A DNA stretch of 63,562 bases, the filler included, from Nemertoderma westbladi (Eukaryota > Animalia > Xenacoelomorpha): assembly GCA_032718475.1 (NCBI GenBank). It is 4 parts of 4 records of this genome, joined end to end, with 100 filler letters (N's around TTAATTAATTAA, not from the genome) between each part and the next. Parts side by side here need not be neighbours in the genome. Positions count along the whole stretch, not along the records: positions 16,546 to 43,590 come from JAUCBJ010006901.1; 3 more parts are not named here. One strand, given 5' to 3'. Within the stretch, counting starts at the first letter, position 1, and each line of letters opens with the position of its first letter. This document shows positions 22,915-35,695 of the stretch, piece by piece. The notes beneath the pieces were generated by a model. It ran no database searches and had not been told where the DNA came from. It saw nothing but the letters and a program-made list of their open reading frames with translations. The position numbers and the translations under genes were made by a program.

Positions 22915-25466
22915 TTATATTGCTCCTCCCGCACCCTCTGGGAACCATCTCAGTTCCTTACCCCTATCGTCATCCTGCCTGGGTCGCTTCTTCCCTTCCT
23001 GTTTACTCTTGAGGCTACTCATCCTCGCTGATACCATCTTACCAAGCCCCGTTGTTGGTTCCTTGGGCGCGGGTGTTATTAACTCACTGTATCGCTTTGC
23101 AGGTGGTCCCACTGAGTGTCCCTCCTGTTTCCCCCTGGTAGCGTCCCACAAGATCATCTTCATCGCACGCGGCACGTGTTCTGCCAGAAAATCCCTGAAT
23201 TCTATCCTATTTTCTGGTGACCATCTATCCAGATATCTTTAGGTGTTGATGACCCCTCCGTATGATGCCGTTGTCGCTACCTCCTGATACGTCAATGGTA
23301 GTCTTCTCTTTGTAATCTCCTGGCGGGCTCATAGATTAATATTGAAGAAGCCCCACTGGAACTCCTGGGCCTTCATCCTTTTCCTTGTCATGACTCCGAC
23401 GTCGGCCCACTCCTCAAAGATGCGAAACTTCTCCTTGTACTCCATCCAGTAGCACTGGCGCTCAAAGTGCCCCCTAAACTTGCACTTCGAACACCTGTGG
23501 TGCAACCTTGGGCACACGCCCATCCTGTGCGTAGACTCTCAGCAGTAAAGACACGCCGCCCCCTTCTGGTAATGGTACAGACAGTTCTTTTGCTGGTGGG
23601 TTAGTCTCCCACATTAATCGCAACCATCTATCACTATCTCTGCCCCACTGTCTCGTAGCCTCCTGGGTCTGTGGAGTCGCTGGTAGGTAAACATCTCGAC
23701 GTTGTCCTCCCTACCCATGTCGATATCCTCCTCCTCCCTTGGTATCATTTCTCCAAACACTACCCGTGGTGCCGTCCCCGGTTGCTCGCCCAGTCGGATC
23801 GTGTTCGCTGGGAAGTCCATTGCCGGTTCCCCGTGCTCCCAGGTTCGCTTGACGGGTGCATCTCAGAAGGCTCTCGCCCCGCTGGCTGTCACCACTCTCC
23901 CATCCACCCAGTCCATGTCCGACCGGCCGATTCTCTCTATCGGCAGCATTGCCCTGAACTCATCCTCCTCTTCTTCCGCCGCCAGGACCGGACCCAAACC
24001 CGGGATCCCGGCTGATCCACTGTGTCCCTTTCCGCCCTGGTATTCGCCTGTGGCCTTCCACCCTTCCACCTCCCTCGATATCTTCCTTCCGAAGTCCCCC
24101 TCAGAGCCCACAGGCATCGGCATTCCTTGTAGCCCCGATGTAGACTGTATCGGTGTCTCTTCTATGCAATCCAGCTCGCCCCCCAGCCGAAACTCGTCCG
24201 AGGTTTCCGATCCCCACTTCAACTCGTCCAAATCTTGGGCTTCAAACTCGTACTCCCCTCCCCTTATATCTGCCTCTCTGCCCGCTGCCTTCCTTCTCTC
24301 TCTCCTAGTGACTTCCTCTAGTCTCCTCTTTTCTATCCGCCTCCAGTTTCTTCTATCGCTTGTACGGTGTGTCTACCTCTCTGTCCACCAGGTGTTGGGT
24401 ATCGTAGTATACCAACTCGCCCTTCAGCCTCGGGTGGTCTACAAGACCTTCTAGGGCCACCTTAAAGGCTCTCCTGTGGCTCAGAGCTGATCCCGATAGT
24501 AGAAACGCCATCGGCTCCCTGCCGATAGTCACTGTAATGAAAAGATTCATCAAACAGTTCATTATCATTAATGAACCATCATTATCCAGTCCTCCTGTAA
24601 GATATATCTCTTCTGATATATCTTTATCATTACCTTCCGGAAGTGATATAGCTCCTCCCTCCTCAGTCTCGCTCCCCATTTGAGTGAGTTTGCAAGCTCC
24701 TCTCCGTATTCCTCTCGGAACTTGTTCCACTCCATCGGCTTGTGGCAGATGAGTCCCATCAGCTGGCCCTTCGCCACGGCTCCGTATTGTCCCGTGTTAT
24801 CCACCAATCCCAATCCGTCTGGTTTCGTCATAGCCATAGCCATGTAGACTACCTGCATGTCCAGAAGATTCGGGGTGCCCAGTCCAATATTCCTCTCCGA
24901 GTCGTCGCGTATCGCCGATCCAATCTTCACCATAGTCCTCGTCCTTACTGGCTTCTGCACCGTATCCGGTAGGCGGTTTAATTTTGGGCCGCTTGTCTTA
25001 CCGTAGGTCCCTAGGTCGAATAGAAAGATATCTGCAATATAGTGCAGTAATATAGTTCTACCCGATCCTCCTGACCCCCTCCTCGACCCCTCATGATCCT
25101 CTACAGTCCCCTCGTCGTCTAGGACCATGTATCTGCCCCTGTCTACGGAATCTACAAACCTACTCCATTCCTTTCTAGATGGTTGTTTCGTGTGCTTTGG
25201 TATCCCGAAGGTCTCTCGTCCCCCTTTACGATGTAGCGAAGATGCTCGTTGATGTGTGTTATCCAATGACGGCGTTCCGTAGGTTCCGACCAGTCGTCTC
25301 TCGTGCATCTCCCTAAACTTATCCTGCAGTGCGTACGCTCTCTGACTGTTTGGGAGTCGCTTGTAGTATTCCCTCGTCCTGTTCTCCGGATGTCTCAGTG
25401 TGAAGTCCACTAGTACTTCCTTCCCGCTCTTCACCGATTACCTCTTCTTCACTCTTTCTCTGCCAT
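22915..25466 (-). pseudogene. decayed accessory gene: DEDD-like 3'-5' exonuclease + acidic linker + three CCHC zinc knuckles
   Basis: ORFs 24568-25434, 23863-24231, 23614-23820, 23329-23523 and 22915-23175 share one frame; the last four are separated by only one or two stops each; motifs VLDDEG, VKIGSAIRDD, LLDMQ; knuckles CD*CGRLTHQQKNC, CLYC*ESTHRMGVC, CSKCKFRGHFERQC. Confidence 0.65.
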
Positions 25467-25974
25467 CACGAATCCACTCACTCTCACCAAACTGGTGGGG
25501 CCTTAGAAAGGCTCAGTTAGATAAGAGGGTTACTAAATAAGATCTTATTAGCTTTGATTAGCGATGGCACCTCCTATCTGCTCTATTTACTACCTTTTAG
25601 TACAAACATTCCCCTATGTGTCAGTTTTTGCTCCTAATTTACAATTTTGTCCATTGCTTTTATTAATGATTCTAGAACAATATTTATTAGAAAACAATTT
25701 ATAACTGTGTCTCAAACAACCTTTTAATCAAAACATAAAATCACTTTTCAAACTAGAAATAATATATCGTACAGTAAGTTACATTAACAGCTGATAGTCC
25801 ATTTAAGTTTAGAAGACAAACAAACGCCCATCACCAATATACATAGAGATATTACAAAACAGAACTATATTGTGCAATACAGTTTGGCAGAGTACTTGAT
25901 GAACCAATAATCAAATATTTCCAACACTTCCCCTCGTCAAGTACGTCAGTTTATCTTGAGATCTGAGATGAAAT

Positions 25975-28900
25975 TTAACCCATCATTTTTGTTCTGAATT
26001 TTAAAAATTTTTCTTTGAATAGTGGTTTGGTCATAATGTCCTCGATCATATGTTCAGTTGGGCAATGTTTTAGAACAACAATCTTCTTATTAACCATGTC
26101 TCGAATGTAATGATATTTAATTTCTATATGCTTAGTTCTTCCATGAAAACGTGGATTTTCCGATAACGCAATACACCCATTGTTATCCTCGAATAACGTA
26201 GTGCTCCCATTTTGGTCAATGCCTAAATCCCCCAATAAAGTTCTTAACCACACTAACTCCCTGGTGGCGACACTAGCAGCAATATACTCTGCCTCCGTTG
26301 TACTCTGAGCCACAAGTGTTTGTTTTTTACACGCCCATGAAATAAGTGAATCGTTCACAAAGAACAAATACCCAGATATAGATTTTCTATCATAGTTTCT
26401 TCCCCAATCAGCATCTACATATCCAACTAATTGAACACGGTTGTTTGATTGATCAGCAACATATTCAATGCCGACATCCATCGTTCCTTTAATGTATCTG
26501 AATATTCTCTTCACCGCTTTCCAGTGTTCCTCGCCTGGATTAGAACTGAATTGATTAACATTACTTAGTGCTGCAGCCAAGTCCGGTCTTGTAGCACAAA
26601 CAGCATATGTCAGCCCTCCAATAGCCGCTTGATAACTCTTCTGATTAACAGACTCCCCTTCATTAAGTGACAAATTTGAATTGGCATCAAACGGTGTTGA
26701 GACAGTATTACAGTCTTGCATTCCAAACTTATTTAAGAGATCTTCAAGATATGCTTGCTGATTTAATTTTAATTTTCGATTATCGCGATCTCTTTCTATC
26801 TTGATTCCCAAGCAGTAACGTACTTCACCTAAATCTTTTGTATTAAATCGCTCTGAAATTGCTAATTTTTCTTCCTTCAACATAATCATGGAATTGGAGC
26901 AAAGCAGTAAGTCATCTACATATAACGCCAATATTAGAAAGTTATTACCTTCTCGTTTTATATAAATACATGGATCTGCATGCGATTGCATGTAGCCATT
27001 ATCAACCAGATTGTCATGCATTGCTTTATTCCAACAACGAGATGCCTGCTTTAAGCCATATATGCTTTTCTCTAATTTACACACTAAATGTTCATCTCCT
27101 TTGAGAATAAAATGTTCAGGTTGTCTCATGTAAATTTCTTCCTCTAAAACTCCATTGAGAAATGCCGTTTCAACATCCATATGATGAACTTCCAAGTCAA
27201 TTGTGTCAAGTACAATGCACACATCTCCAACCAGACACTATATAACATTGGAGGTGTCTCATTGGTTCCCCCAAGCTTGACACTAGAACAAAATCGCCTC
27301 CGCTTTGCAGGACATTGCTTTCGCCGTGAGGACCAGCCAGTGCATAATCTTGTACTTTGGCAGCCTCATGGAGTGAATAAGCATGGTGGACAGCCCATGA
27401 CTTTCTTGAGACGCATCTTAAAGGACACTGGCCTTAAAGATGCGGATGATTTAGCAAATGTCATGGGTGATAGGGAGTTGTGGCGGCGCAATTTTGTTGA
27501 CAAGCCGGCACAGCATTCTTAAAAATGCAGCTGCAATGCAGCATGCCGATCCTAGTAGTAGTTCAACATCCATATGATGAACTTCCAAGTCAAGTTCATT
27601 GGCTAAAGATAGAATAGTACGAACAGATGTGTAACGAACAACAGGAGCAAAAGTTTATTGGTAGTCAATATTGGGTAATTGTGAGTACCCCTGAGCAACG
27701 AGACGAGCTTTATATCGTTCAATTTGTCCATCACAACCTGTTTTCTCTTTAAAAACCCATTTACAACCCACAGCATTTCTTCCTTCTGGCAATTCAACTA
27801 ATTTCCACGTGTCATTCTTTATCAACGAGTTATATTCCGTTTCAAGAGCCAATTTCCACTTTTCACTGTTCACACTATTGAGTACTTCATTTACTGTCTT
27901 TGGCGTTTCTCCTGACACAGAGAAAACCATATTCTCGAGATTCTCACCTTCTATCCAATCCCCATATCTATCTGGTTGTCTTTTTATGCGTGTAGATTTT
28001 CTTATAGACGATTCAGCCGATTCATCATCATGGACTTTGTCATTTATGGTTGTCCCCTTAGCTACAATAGGTTCACTCTTAATGATATTTTCCACATTAT
28101 TATCCACATTGATCACTTCATCACACTCATTGATAATGTCACTTGTACTATGACTAATACGTCCATCGAAACTTAACTCATTAAACTTAATATCACGACT
28201 TGTTGATACCTTTTTTGTATCCTTATTATATACTCGATATCCCTTCCTTTCACAATCATATCCAACGAACACATGTTTGACACTTTTAGCATCCCATTTC
28301 TTCCTTTTTTCGTCTGGAACATGAACCCATGCGTCACACCCAAACACTTTGAACTCAGCTACTGATGGTTTAACTCCATAAAAACATTCATATGGTACTT
28401 TAGAACAAACGGCTTTGGTTGAACAGCGATTGTTTATAAACGCAGAAGTTAGAACGGCTTCTGCCCAAAATGAAATAGGTAGTTTAGCATATTGTAAAAT
28501 TGCTCTCCCACTTTCAACCAAAGTTCGATTTTTTCTCTCAGCTATTCCGTTCTGTTGTGGTGAGTAACAAACAGTCATCTGTCTTAATATGCCTTTTTCC
28601 TTAAAATAATTTTTGAATGCATCATTGACGTACTCTGTTCCGTTGTCAAAGCGTAGTTTTTTAATTAGTTTTCCTGTTTGTCTCTCTGCCATATGTTTAT
28701 ATTCCAGAAACTTGTCTATCACTTCGCTTTTGGCCTTCATAAAATATACCGCACAAAATCGAGATTTATCATCGATAAATGTCACAAAGTATCGATTCCC
28801 ACCTAATGATACTTCAGACATGGGACCGCATACGTCAGAATGAACAAGTTGTAGAACACAATCGGATTTAGAGCTACTTTCCTTTGGAAATTCATTTCTG

Positions 28901-30445
28901 GATTGTTTTCCCAAAACACATCCTTCACAAAATTTCAACTGATCTTTCGTATTTAAGTCAATTCCATGTACAAGTTCATCATTAAACATTTTTCTTAATG
29001 TTTGTTCATTGACATGTCCAAGGCGACAATGCCACAAATCTATGTTTGATTCAGATTGAGCAAAATTTACCTCATGTTTCTCTTTATTTACGTGGCCTTC
29101 AAGCTCATATTGATTACCATTCTCGGGAATTTTTGCAGTGATTAACAATTTATTGCTTTGTTCGCTAAATACATTACACATGTTCTCACTAAACACGACT
29201 TGGCAATCATGATTTGTTATTTTCTTCACTGATAATAAATTTTGACACAAACTCGGAACAAATAAAACATTCTCAAATTGACATCTTTTAATCATAAATG
29301 CATCATTTAAATTGTTCCATTTAACCATTCCAATACCCAAAGCTTCAACAGTTTCATTATTAGCTAAATGAATGACACTGGGATTTTGTAATTCAACGTA
29401 TTCATGAAAATTATCACGTTTACAGCACATATGTTGCGTAGCTCCTGAATCTATAAACCATTTACTACTATTATCATTTTTGTGAGATATTCCATTGCTC
29501 GATAAACACCAAAAGGTAAAATCATTCTCATCGTTTTCTAATCGAACTACATTAGCACCTTGGTTTGATAAACCAGAACTTCCCCTACTGTTCGTACTCG
29601 TAACATTATTATCTGGGCGTGTGCAGTATCTAGCTATATGCCCATATGTACCACAATTGAAACACCTTGGCGATTGGCCGAAGCTGTTCCTAGCACTGTA
29701 ACTATTATTATTATTATTAGAATTACCTGCATTTCTAGGCCAGCTGCTACCTCTTCCTCGAGCACTACCTCCGCGAAGTCCTCTGTTCCATGACGCACGA
29801 CCTCTACCTTGATAATTACCTGAAGCAGCATTGGCAAATAAAGCATCATTTTCGTTTGAATCAAATTTATGTGTTTCTTTCTTTTTTTGTTCTTCCATTA
29901 ATAATTTTTGTCGCAGAAATTCTATAGATAGATCATTAGACATTTCTAATGTGCTTACCAGCATTTCGTACGATCTTGGTAAACTAAGCAGTAATTCCCA
30001 TATTTGCTCTTTTCCGGCACATTTGCTCCAATAGCATCCAGTTGAGCCGTCAATTCCTGATGCTTATTGATATGACTCATCATATCGTCGCCTTCTTGCA
30101 TAACAGCGTCTCTATACTTTCTTTTATAATAAATTATATTTTGCATCGTTTGCATTTCGAACTGAGTTTTCAATCCATTCCACGCGTCTAATGCAGATGG
30201 TTTCCCCATCACTAGAGGTAATTGTGAATCGGCAAGATGCAAACTAATTTCTGCGCGAGCTTTCTGATCTTTCTTCAACCATTTTGAAACGCATCGCCTG
30301 CTGCTTGTGGTGCGGGTTCACTACCATTTACAACATCCCACAGATCCATTGAAATCAGTACCATTTGCATTTTATGCTTCCACATAAACCAGTTTTGTCC
30401 TGTAAATTTATCAGTACGTAAACCAACTTTATATTCACTGGACAT
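25975..30445 (-). pseudogene. Copia gag-pol polyprotein, frameshifted and interrupted by a LINE fragment
   Basis: gag from MSSEYK, CCHC knuckle, protease FIDSGA, GAG-pre-integrase WHCRLGH, integrase VHSDVCGP, RT YVDD, RNase H YVDADW; frameshifts near 30285, 30020 and 27655. Confidence 0.93.
27201..27561 (+). mobile_element. 5'-truncated RTE-type LINE inserted in Copia RT
   Basis: near-identical to 63233-63562; (TAG)n tail; 32-bp target duplication at 27169-27200 and 27562-27593. Confidence 0.95.
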
Positions 30446-32096
30446 CCTCACAAGCTATATTACTCAACATAAATTTACTCTCAATTCTCAATAAAAGTTA
30501 TACAGTACATTGTAATACACAGTACGACAAACACAGTTCACATCATTTTACCCATACAACAGAGGTCGGTTAGTACATTTGTTGTAATTAAACGTCCTGG
30601 GCCCATAATCTATTAGAAAACAATTTATAACTGTGTCTCAAACAACCTTTTAATCAAAACATAAAATCACTTTTCAAACTAGAAATAATATATCGTACAG
30701 TAAGTTACATTAACAGCTGATAGTCCATTTAAGTTTAGAAGACAAACAAACGCCCATCACCAATATACATAGAGATATTACAAAACAGAACTATATTGTG
30801 CAATACAGTTTGGCAGAGTACTTGACGAACCAATAATCAAATATTTCCAACAATATTAAACAAATACAGTTTCCAACGGTGCTACTATTACAATTATGAT
30901 TACTTGTAATATAAATCATTCATATCCAAAGATTGATTTTAATTTTAATGTGACTTAAAGCATAAGTATAATATAATAATAAATTGCCCTATTTTTAACA
31001 GGAATTTTACTCCGTCTCAAATATTGGAACTTAATCTCTAGTATACCTATACAAAATGTGGTTGAAAATGGTTAAAATATATCAAAAGTTATTTACGAAT
31101 GAATTATTTATTACGGACGGACCGTCGGACGGACAGACAGACAGACGGACATGCAATTTTCATTTGGCCTAATTAACACGATCCCGTAAGTAGCAGGCCT
31201 AACTAAGAATTGGAAACATTTTGTAAAATAATTTATTAAAACTATTATGTACATTTAGATTAAATAATAATACAGCAAATAAGTAAGCTTACACAAATAA
31301 TCACTTTTGTAAAACAATAATTTATTTCATTCATCAGTTCGTAAACTAATAAACACCTCAGGTTGTAGTGAATATTAGTATTATTCCTTTTTAAGTTAGT
31401 AATAATATTGATGTCATTGACCGCATACCCAAACACACACATCTCCCTCCACCTACATGGAGTATGAGTGGATGGATAGGGAATGAATGAACTCCTTCCT
31501 ACCAACAGTCTGCCTATCAAGGCTGATTAATGGGAAGGCCTATAGATGATGTTGTAACTCTAGCCAATCAGGGAGCTAAATGCCAGTTTTTTTTTCTTTC
31601 TTCATGTCCAACAAAAATCTGCTGATAAATTGAGACAGGAAAGAAGCTAAGAGCTTCTTAATTAAATCGAATCATGGAATATTTTCTTATCGGTCCAGAT
31701 ATTTATATAAAATGACAAACATTACTAATAAAATTATCAATAGGAATCATTTTCTTAACATTAAGCAATACGAATATCAACTATCAAAGAAGTTTACATA
31801 AACGCGGTGTATGGGTGTCTGCCAAATTATCTTAAATTCGGGAAGAAGAATTACAGTACAGTTTTAATGATCGTTCATTAATAATTAGTTATAGCATTGA
31901 TAACAGATATAATTGCATATGCAGATATGATAATTGATCTGACAGCGCAGTAAGCTGTATATCGAACAGCAGTACAGTAGGCCTAGGTAGTAGTCCTATA
32001 TATCCCTGTTTGAATATCCCGCTCTCATGTTGACCCATTAATTCATGATGTTAGGTCACTACAGTACTCCCCCAAGTGGGAAAATATTCCCACGAC

Positions 32097-33520
32097 TCAT
32101 AAGCGTTCAGGTGGTCTATCTATCCGACCCGGCCGGGTTGTAACCTCAACTTTTGGTACGGGCTGAGGGGAAAGTATCGAAACCTCCCGAGGGCGTGTCA
32201 GTCTTGGGGCCGCTAGGGGGCGTACGTTTGAAGGCGACGGAATACCGAAATCAGAGTCAACGTAGGCTGGTTTAAGCCGTTCTGGATAGAAGTTCTGGAT
32301 AGCGGCAACGTGGTCGCCGAGAGGTGACACCCCGGCAGCCGATATGTGATGCCGAGGAAGTCTAGTTCGGCGACGCCGAAAACGTATTTGGCAACATTAA
32401 TAATGAGTCCATATTTGGAGAGTCGCTGGAACAGAAGACGAAGATGTCGCCGATGGTCGGCTGGGGAAGAGCTGGCCATGAGTATATCGTCTAGATATAT
32501 AAATAAAAAATCTAGGTCTTGACAAGCGTGGTCCATAAGCCTTTGAAAAGCCTGTGCAGCGTTGCGTAGGCTGAAAGGCATGCGACGAAACTCGAATAAG
32601 CCAAATGGCGTAATTATGGCCGTCTTTGGAATATCTTCCGGAGACACTGGGATTTGATGATAGCCACGCACCAAATCTACTTTCGAGAATATCGTTTTCC
32701 CCGCTAACTGTGCGGTAAAATCCTGCAGATGGGGAACTGGGTATCTGTCAGGTATTGTAGCCTCATTCAGCTGGCGATAATCACCACAGGGGCGCCAACC
32801 GCCTCCGGGTTTTGGTACCATGTGAAGAGGCGCAGCCCATTGGCTGGAGGAACGCTGAATGATGCCGAGTTTCTCCAAAGTTTCAAACTCTTTGCGAGCA
32901 GCTTGGGGTCTAAACGGCGAGTCCGAGCATGAGTTGGAAGACCTTTAGTAGGAATTATGATGTTCAACTCGGTGTTGTACTGTGGTAGTGGAGAATAACG
33001 GCGTTGTTATCTGTGGAAACTCAGCCAAAAGGGAAAAAAAATCGTTGTCTTCCGAGCTTATGGCGTTGAGTTTGGGTGTGCTCGCGTTTGTACGACGTGC
33101 CGGTATCGTCAAGTAAGTTACGGCGTCGACTAAACATTGGTTCTTGAGGTCTATGAGGATTCCTTGACTACAGAAGAAATCAGCACCCAAGATTGGTTGC
33201 GTTACATTTGCGAGGACAAAATTCCACGAGAACCGATGGGATCCGAGATTAAGTGGAATTAAACGAGTACCATAAGTCACAATGGGGCTGCCATTCGCGG
33301 CAGTGAGAGAGTCAGAGTTTAAGAAATCGACGGATCTCCCTAAGCGCCTTACACGAGGGGAAGCAGGATAAACACTGAAATCGACGCCAGAATCAACGAG
33401 GAAGCGCGTACCAGAGTTTCGGTCCCAGACATACAGAAGGCGGCTCTCTCGACCAGCGACAATTGCCGCCACTAGTGGCTGGTTGAGGAGTTTCCCGAAT
33501 GGATGCATGGGGAACGGCAA
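32097..33520 (-). pseudogene. Gypsy protease + RT + integrase C-terminal tail (frameshifted, deleted)
   Basis: [26 protein letters not shown]; RT joined directly to ERLKPAY...TTRPGR. Confidence 0.9.
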
Positions 33521-34131
33521 TTCTTCGCCTGGTCACCAAACTTCGCATGGTACCAGCAAATCTCTTTGGATCCATCATTTGTAGATGGACAGTCGCGCTG
33601 CGGGGGGCGACGGGTTGCAGCAGCAGCGTTGATAGATGGTTGATCGCGCCGCCGCTCTATTACCTTGTCAGCAACCTTAGCAAGATCGACAATGTCATTA
33701 AAATCTAGAGCAATGATGGCATCTTGGACATATTGTGGGAGTTGTTCTACAAAGTGTCGGCGGAAAAGCTCATCCGGGGGTTTATCATCATTGAGAGACA
33801 ACATATAGTCAAGGAGCTCGGATGGTTTACGATCTCCAAGCCCACTGAGGTTGGCGAGCCGAGAAGCCTTCTGTTCGGGTGTTAAACTGTAACAGGAAAC
33901 GAGTTTAGCTTTAAGAGTTTCATACTTTTGATCGGCGGGCAGGTTGGAGATAATGGCGCGGACCCGGCAGGCGATAACTTGGTCCAGGGAGGCTACAACA
34001 TAATGATATTTCGTTGCATCACATATGATTTTCCGAATCGCGAATTGAGATTCCGCTTGCAGGAACCAAATATCAGGTTCGGCGGACCAGAAGGCAGGAA
34101 GTTTCAGTGCAACTGCGTTGGCTTTGGTCAT
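33472..34131 (-). CDS. Gypsy gag
   Basis: VALKLPAFW...WF.QAESQF, LGDRKPSELL, CWYH.KFG..A..C..PC. Confidence 0.9.
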   Translation of the reverse strand: MTKANAVALKLPAFWSAEPDIWFLQAESQFAIRKIICDATKYHYVVASLDQVIACRVRAIISNLPADQKYETLKAKLVSCYSLTPEQKASRLANLSGLGDRKPSELLDYMLSLNDDKPPDELFRRHFVEQLPQYVQDAIIALDFNDIVDLAKVADKVIERRRDQPSINAAAATRRPPQRDCPSTNDGSKEICWYHAKFGDQAKNCRSPCIHSGNSSTSH

Positions 34132-35462
34132 TATTTGTTATGATAAACAATAAGAGCAGAAAAGCATCAACAGAGTCACGTTTTTATCGTTTCTGGCGTC
34201 CTCGTCTGGGTCACCACTTTAATGATCGTTCATTAATAATTAGTTATAGCATTGATAACAGATATAATTGCATATGCAGATATGATAATTGATCTGACAG
34301 CGCAGTAAGCTGTATATCGTACAGCAGTACAGTAGGCCTAGGTAGTAGTCCTATCCCTGTTTGAATATCCCGCTCTCATGTTGACCCATTAATTCACGAT
34401 GTTAGGTCACTACACAGTAATTACTGTAATTCTTATCTTAATAAATAAGAATTACAGTAATTAATGGACTTCAGATAAAATTATTTGAAGATGGCAGACT
34501 GAGCCTTCTGCGCAGGGAGCGAATGTTAAAGGTGGCAACGTGGCTCCTTTTTAACTTTACAACAATACTTCTTGCAATATTTGAACGCTAATATAACAGT
34601 TGTTTCACAACGAAATTCAGATATTGTTACATATTTCGAATCCTTGCAACGCAAGCTTTCTATTGATATGAAATGACTACGATTACGACTAATTACGGCA
34701 AAATTGAAAATTCCGGCTTCATGGTAACAACCACGGTGAGTGGAACTAGTGGTGTTTCAAATTTCAAGCAATATGATAAAGATTTGTAGAAAAATCTGGT
34801 GCAAAATCTGTGTATAGAAGTACAGTATAGCAGATTCGTTTATAAGGCTTAAAAAATGTACCTGCTGAAAAAACAACCGGTTACGGGTAGGCCTAGTTTA
34901 TAAAATGTTATCATTCATTGTGCAGGTTTCTAAAATAATTTATCTGCAAAAAAATAGCTTTTAGCGCAGTGAATAATTACTGTATACATCTCATCTTATA
35001 TACATTTGAAAATGTCTAAATTGTCCTAAAAAGACAATTATAGTGGAAAGACCAAACATACTGTATACAAGCTCAGTAAAGTATTCCATTATATAACGGC
35101 TGTTACAAAGAGGGTTTACAAATAGTGGCACAGCGTCTTATACTGTAGGAAGATAATAATTGGTTTTCTTTATGATGGAAATCCATACAGAAATAATACA
35201 TCCTTTCAACGTCAACTAATAAATATACTGTAGTATAATACAGTACATGTAGGCTATATGAAATCAACTCAGTCTTTATAGTATTAAAGATTAAATCAAC
35301 TCAATCTCGTTTCCTATTTCGCAGTGGAGTGGTTTTAGCGACATACTGTAAATGGTAGAAATTGTAACAAAAGAAAAAACAATTTGATTGTGAATACAGT
35401 GCCTATGGGTTCAGTATGGCGTAAGTTACAAAAATTCCCTGGTCTAAAAAATCTGGTAATAA

Positions 35463-35695
35463 GGCGGGGTAGCTCAGTTGGTTGAGCGCCGGGCCTGCAA
35501 TGGTTGTAGGTTCAGCCCCGCCAGGGTCCACTCAGCCTTTCATCCACTGGGGTCGATAAAATGAGTACCATTTAAATAACTGGGAGAAAAACTTGGGATA
35601 GGAGTAGCGCCCACCCCTACCCTCTCGGGTAGCAGCTATCGAAAGAGGAGCCTTCGGGTCGCCTCCGGCTTCGGCCGACTGTTTGCTTTGCTTTT
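35463..35695 (+). mobile_element. tRNA-derived SINE with a central conserved-type domain and LINE-like tail
   Basis: A box TAGCTCAGTTGG, degenerate B box GGTTCAGCCCC, TCAGCCTTTCATCC...GATAAAATGAGTACC core (Nin/Deu-like), hairpin-rich 3' end with (TTTGC)n. Confidence 0.7.

Larger units (their letters stand above)
25685..30852 (-). mobile_element. full-length Ty1/Copia LTR retrotransposon
   Basis: 242-bp LTRs at 25685-25926 and 30611-30852 (one mismatch seen), ATATT TSD, PBS GATTATGGGCCCAGG (copia-type internal tRNA-iMet primer), PPT GAGGGGAAG, gag-PR-IN-RT-RH order. Confidence 0.98.
31863..34414 (-). mobile_element. internally deleted Ty3/Gypsy element (CsRn1/Kabuki-like)
   Basis: LTRs at 31863-32063 and 34218-34414, CAGT TSD, PBS TGGTGACCC (tRNA-Trp type), PPT GGGGGAGTAC; RNase H and most of integrase missing. 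Confidence 0.95.

Noticed and set aside
23702-24454. 250-aa Ser/Pro-rich plus-strand ORF
   Set aside because: Antisense shadow of the purine-rich minus-strand accessory gene.
35463-35525. tRNA gene
   Set aside because: B box and cloverleaf are degenerate and it continues into SINE body and tail.
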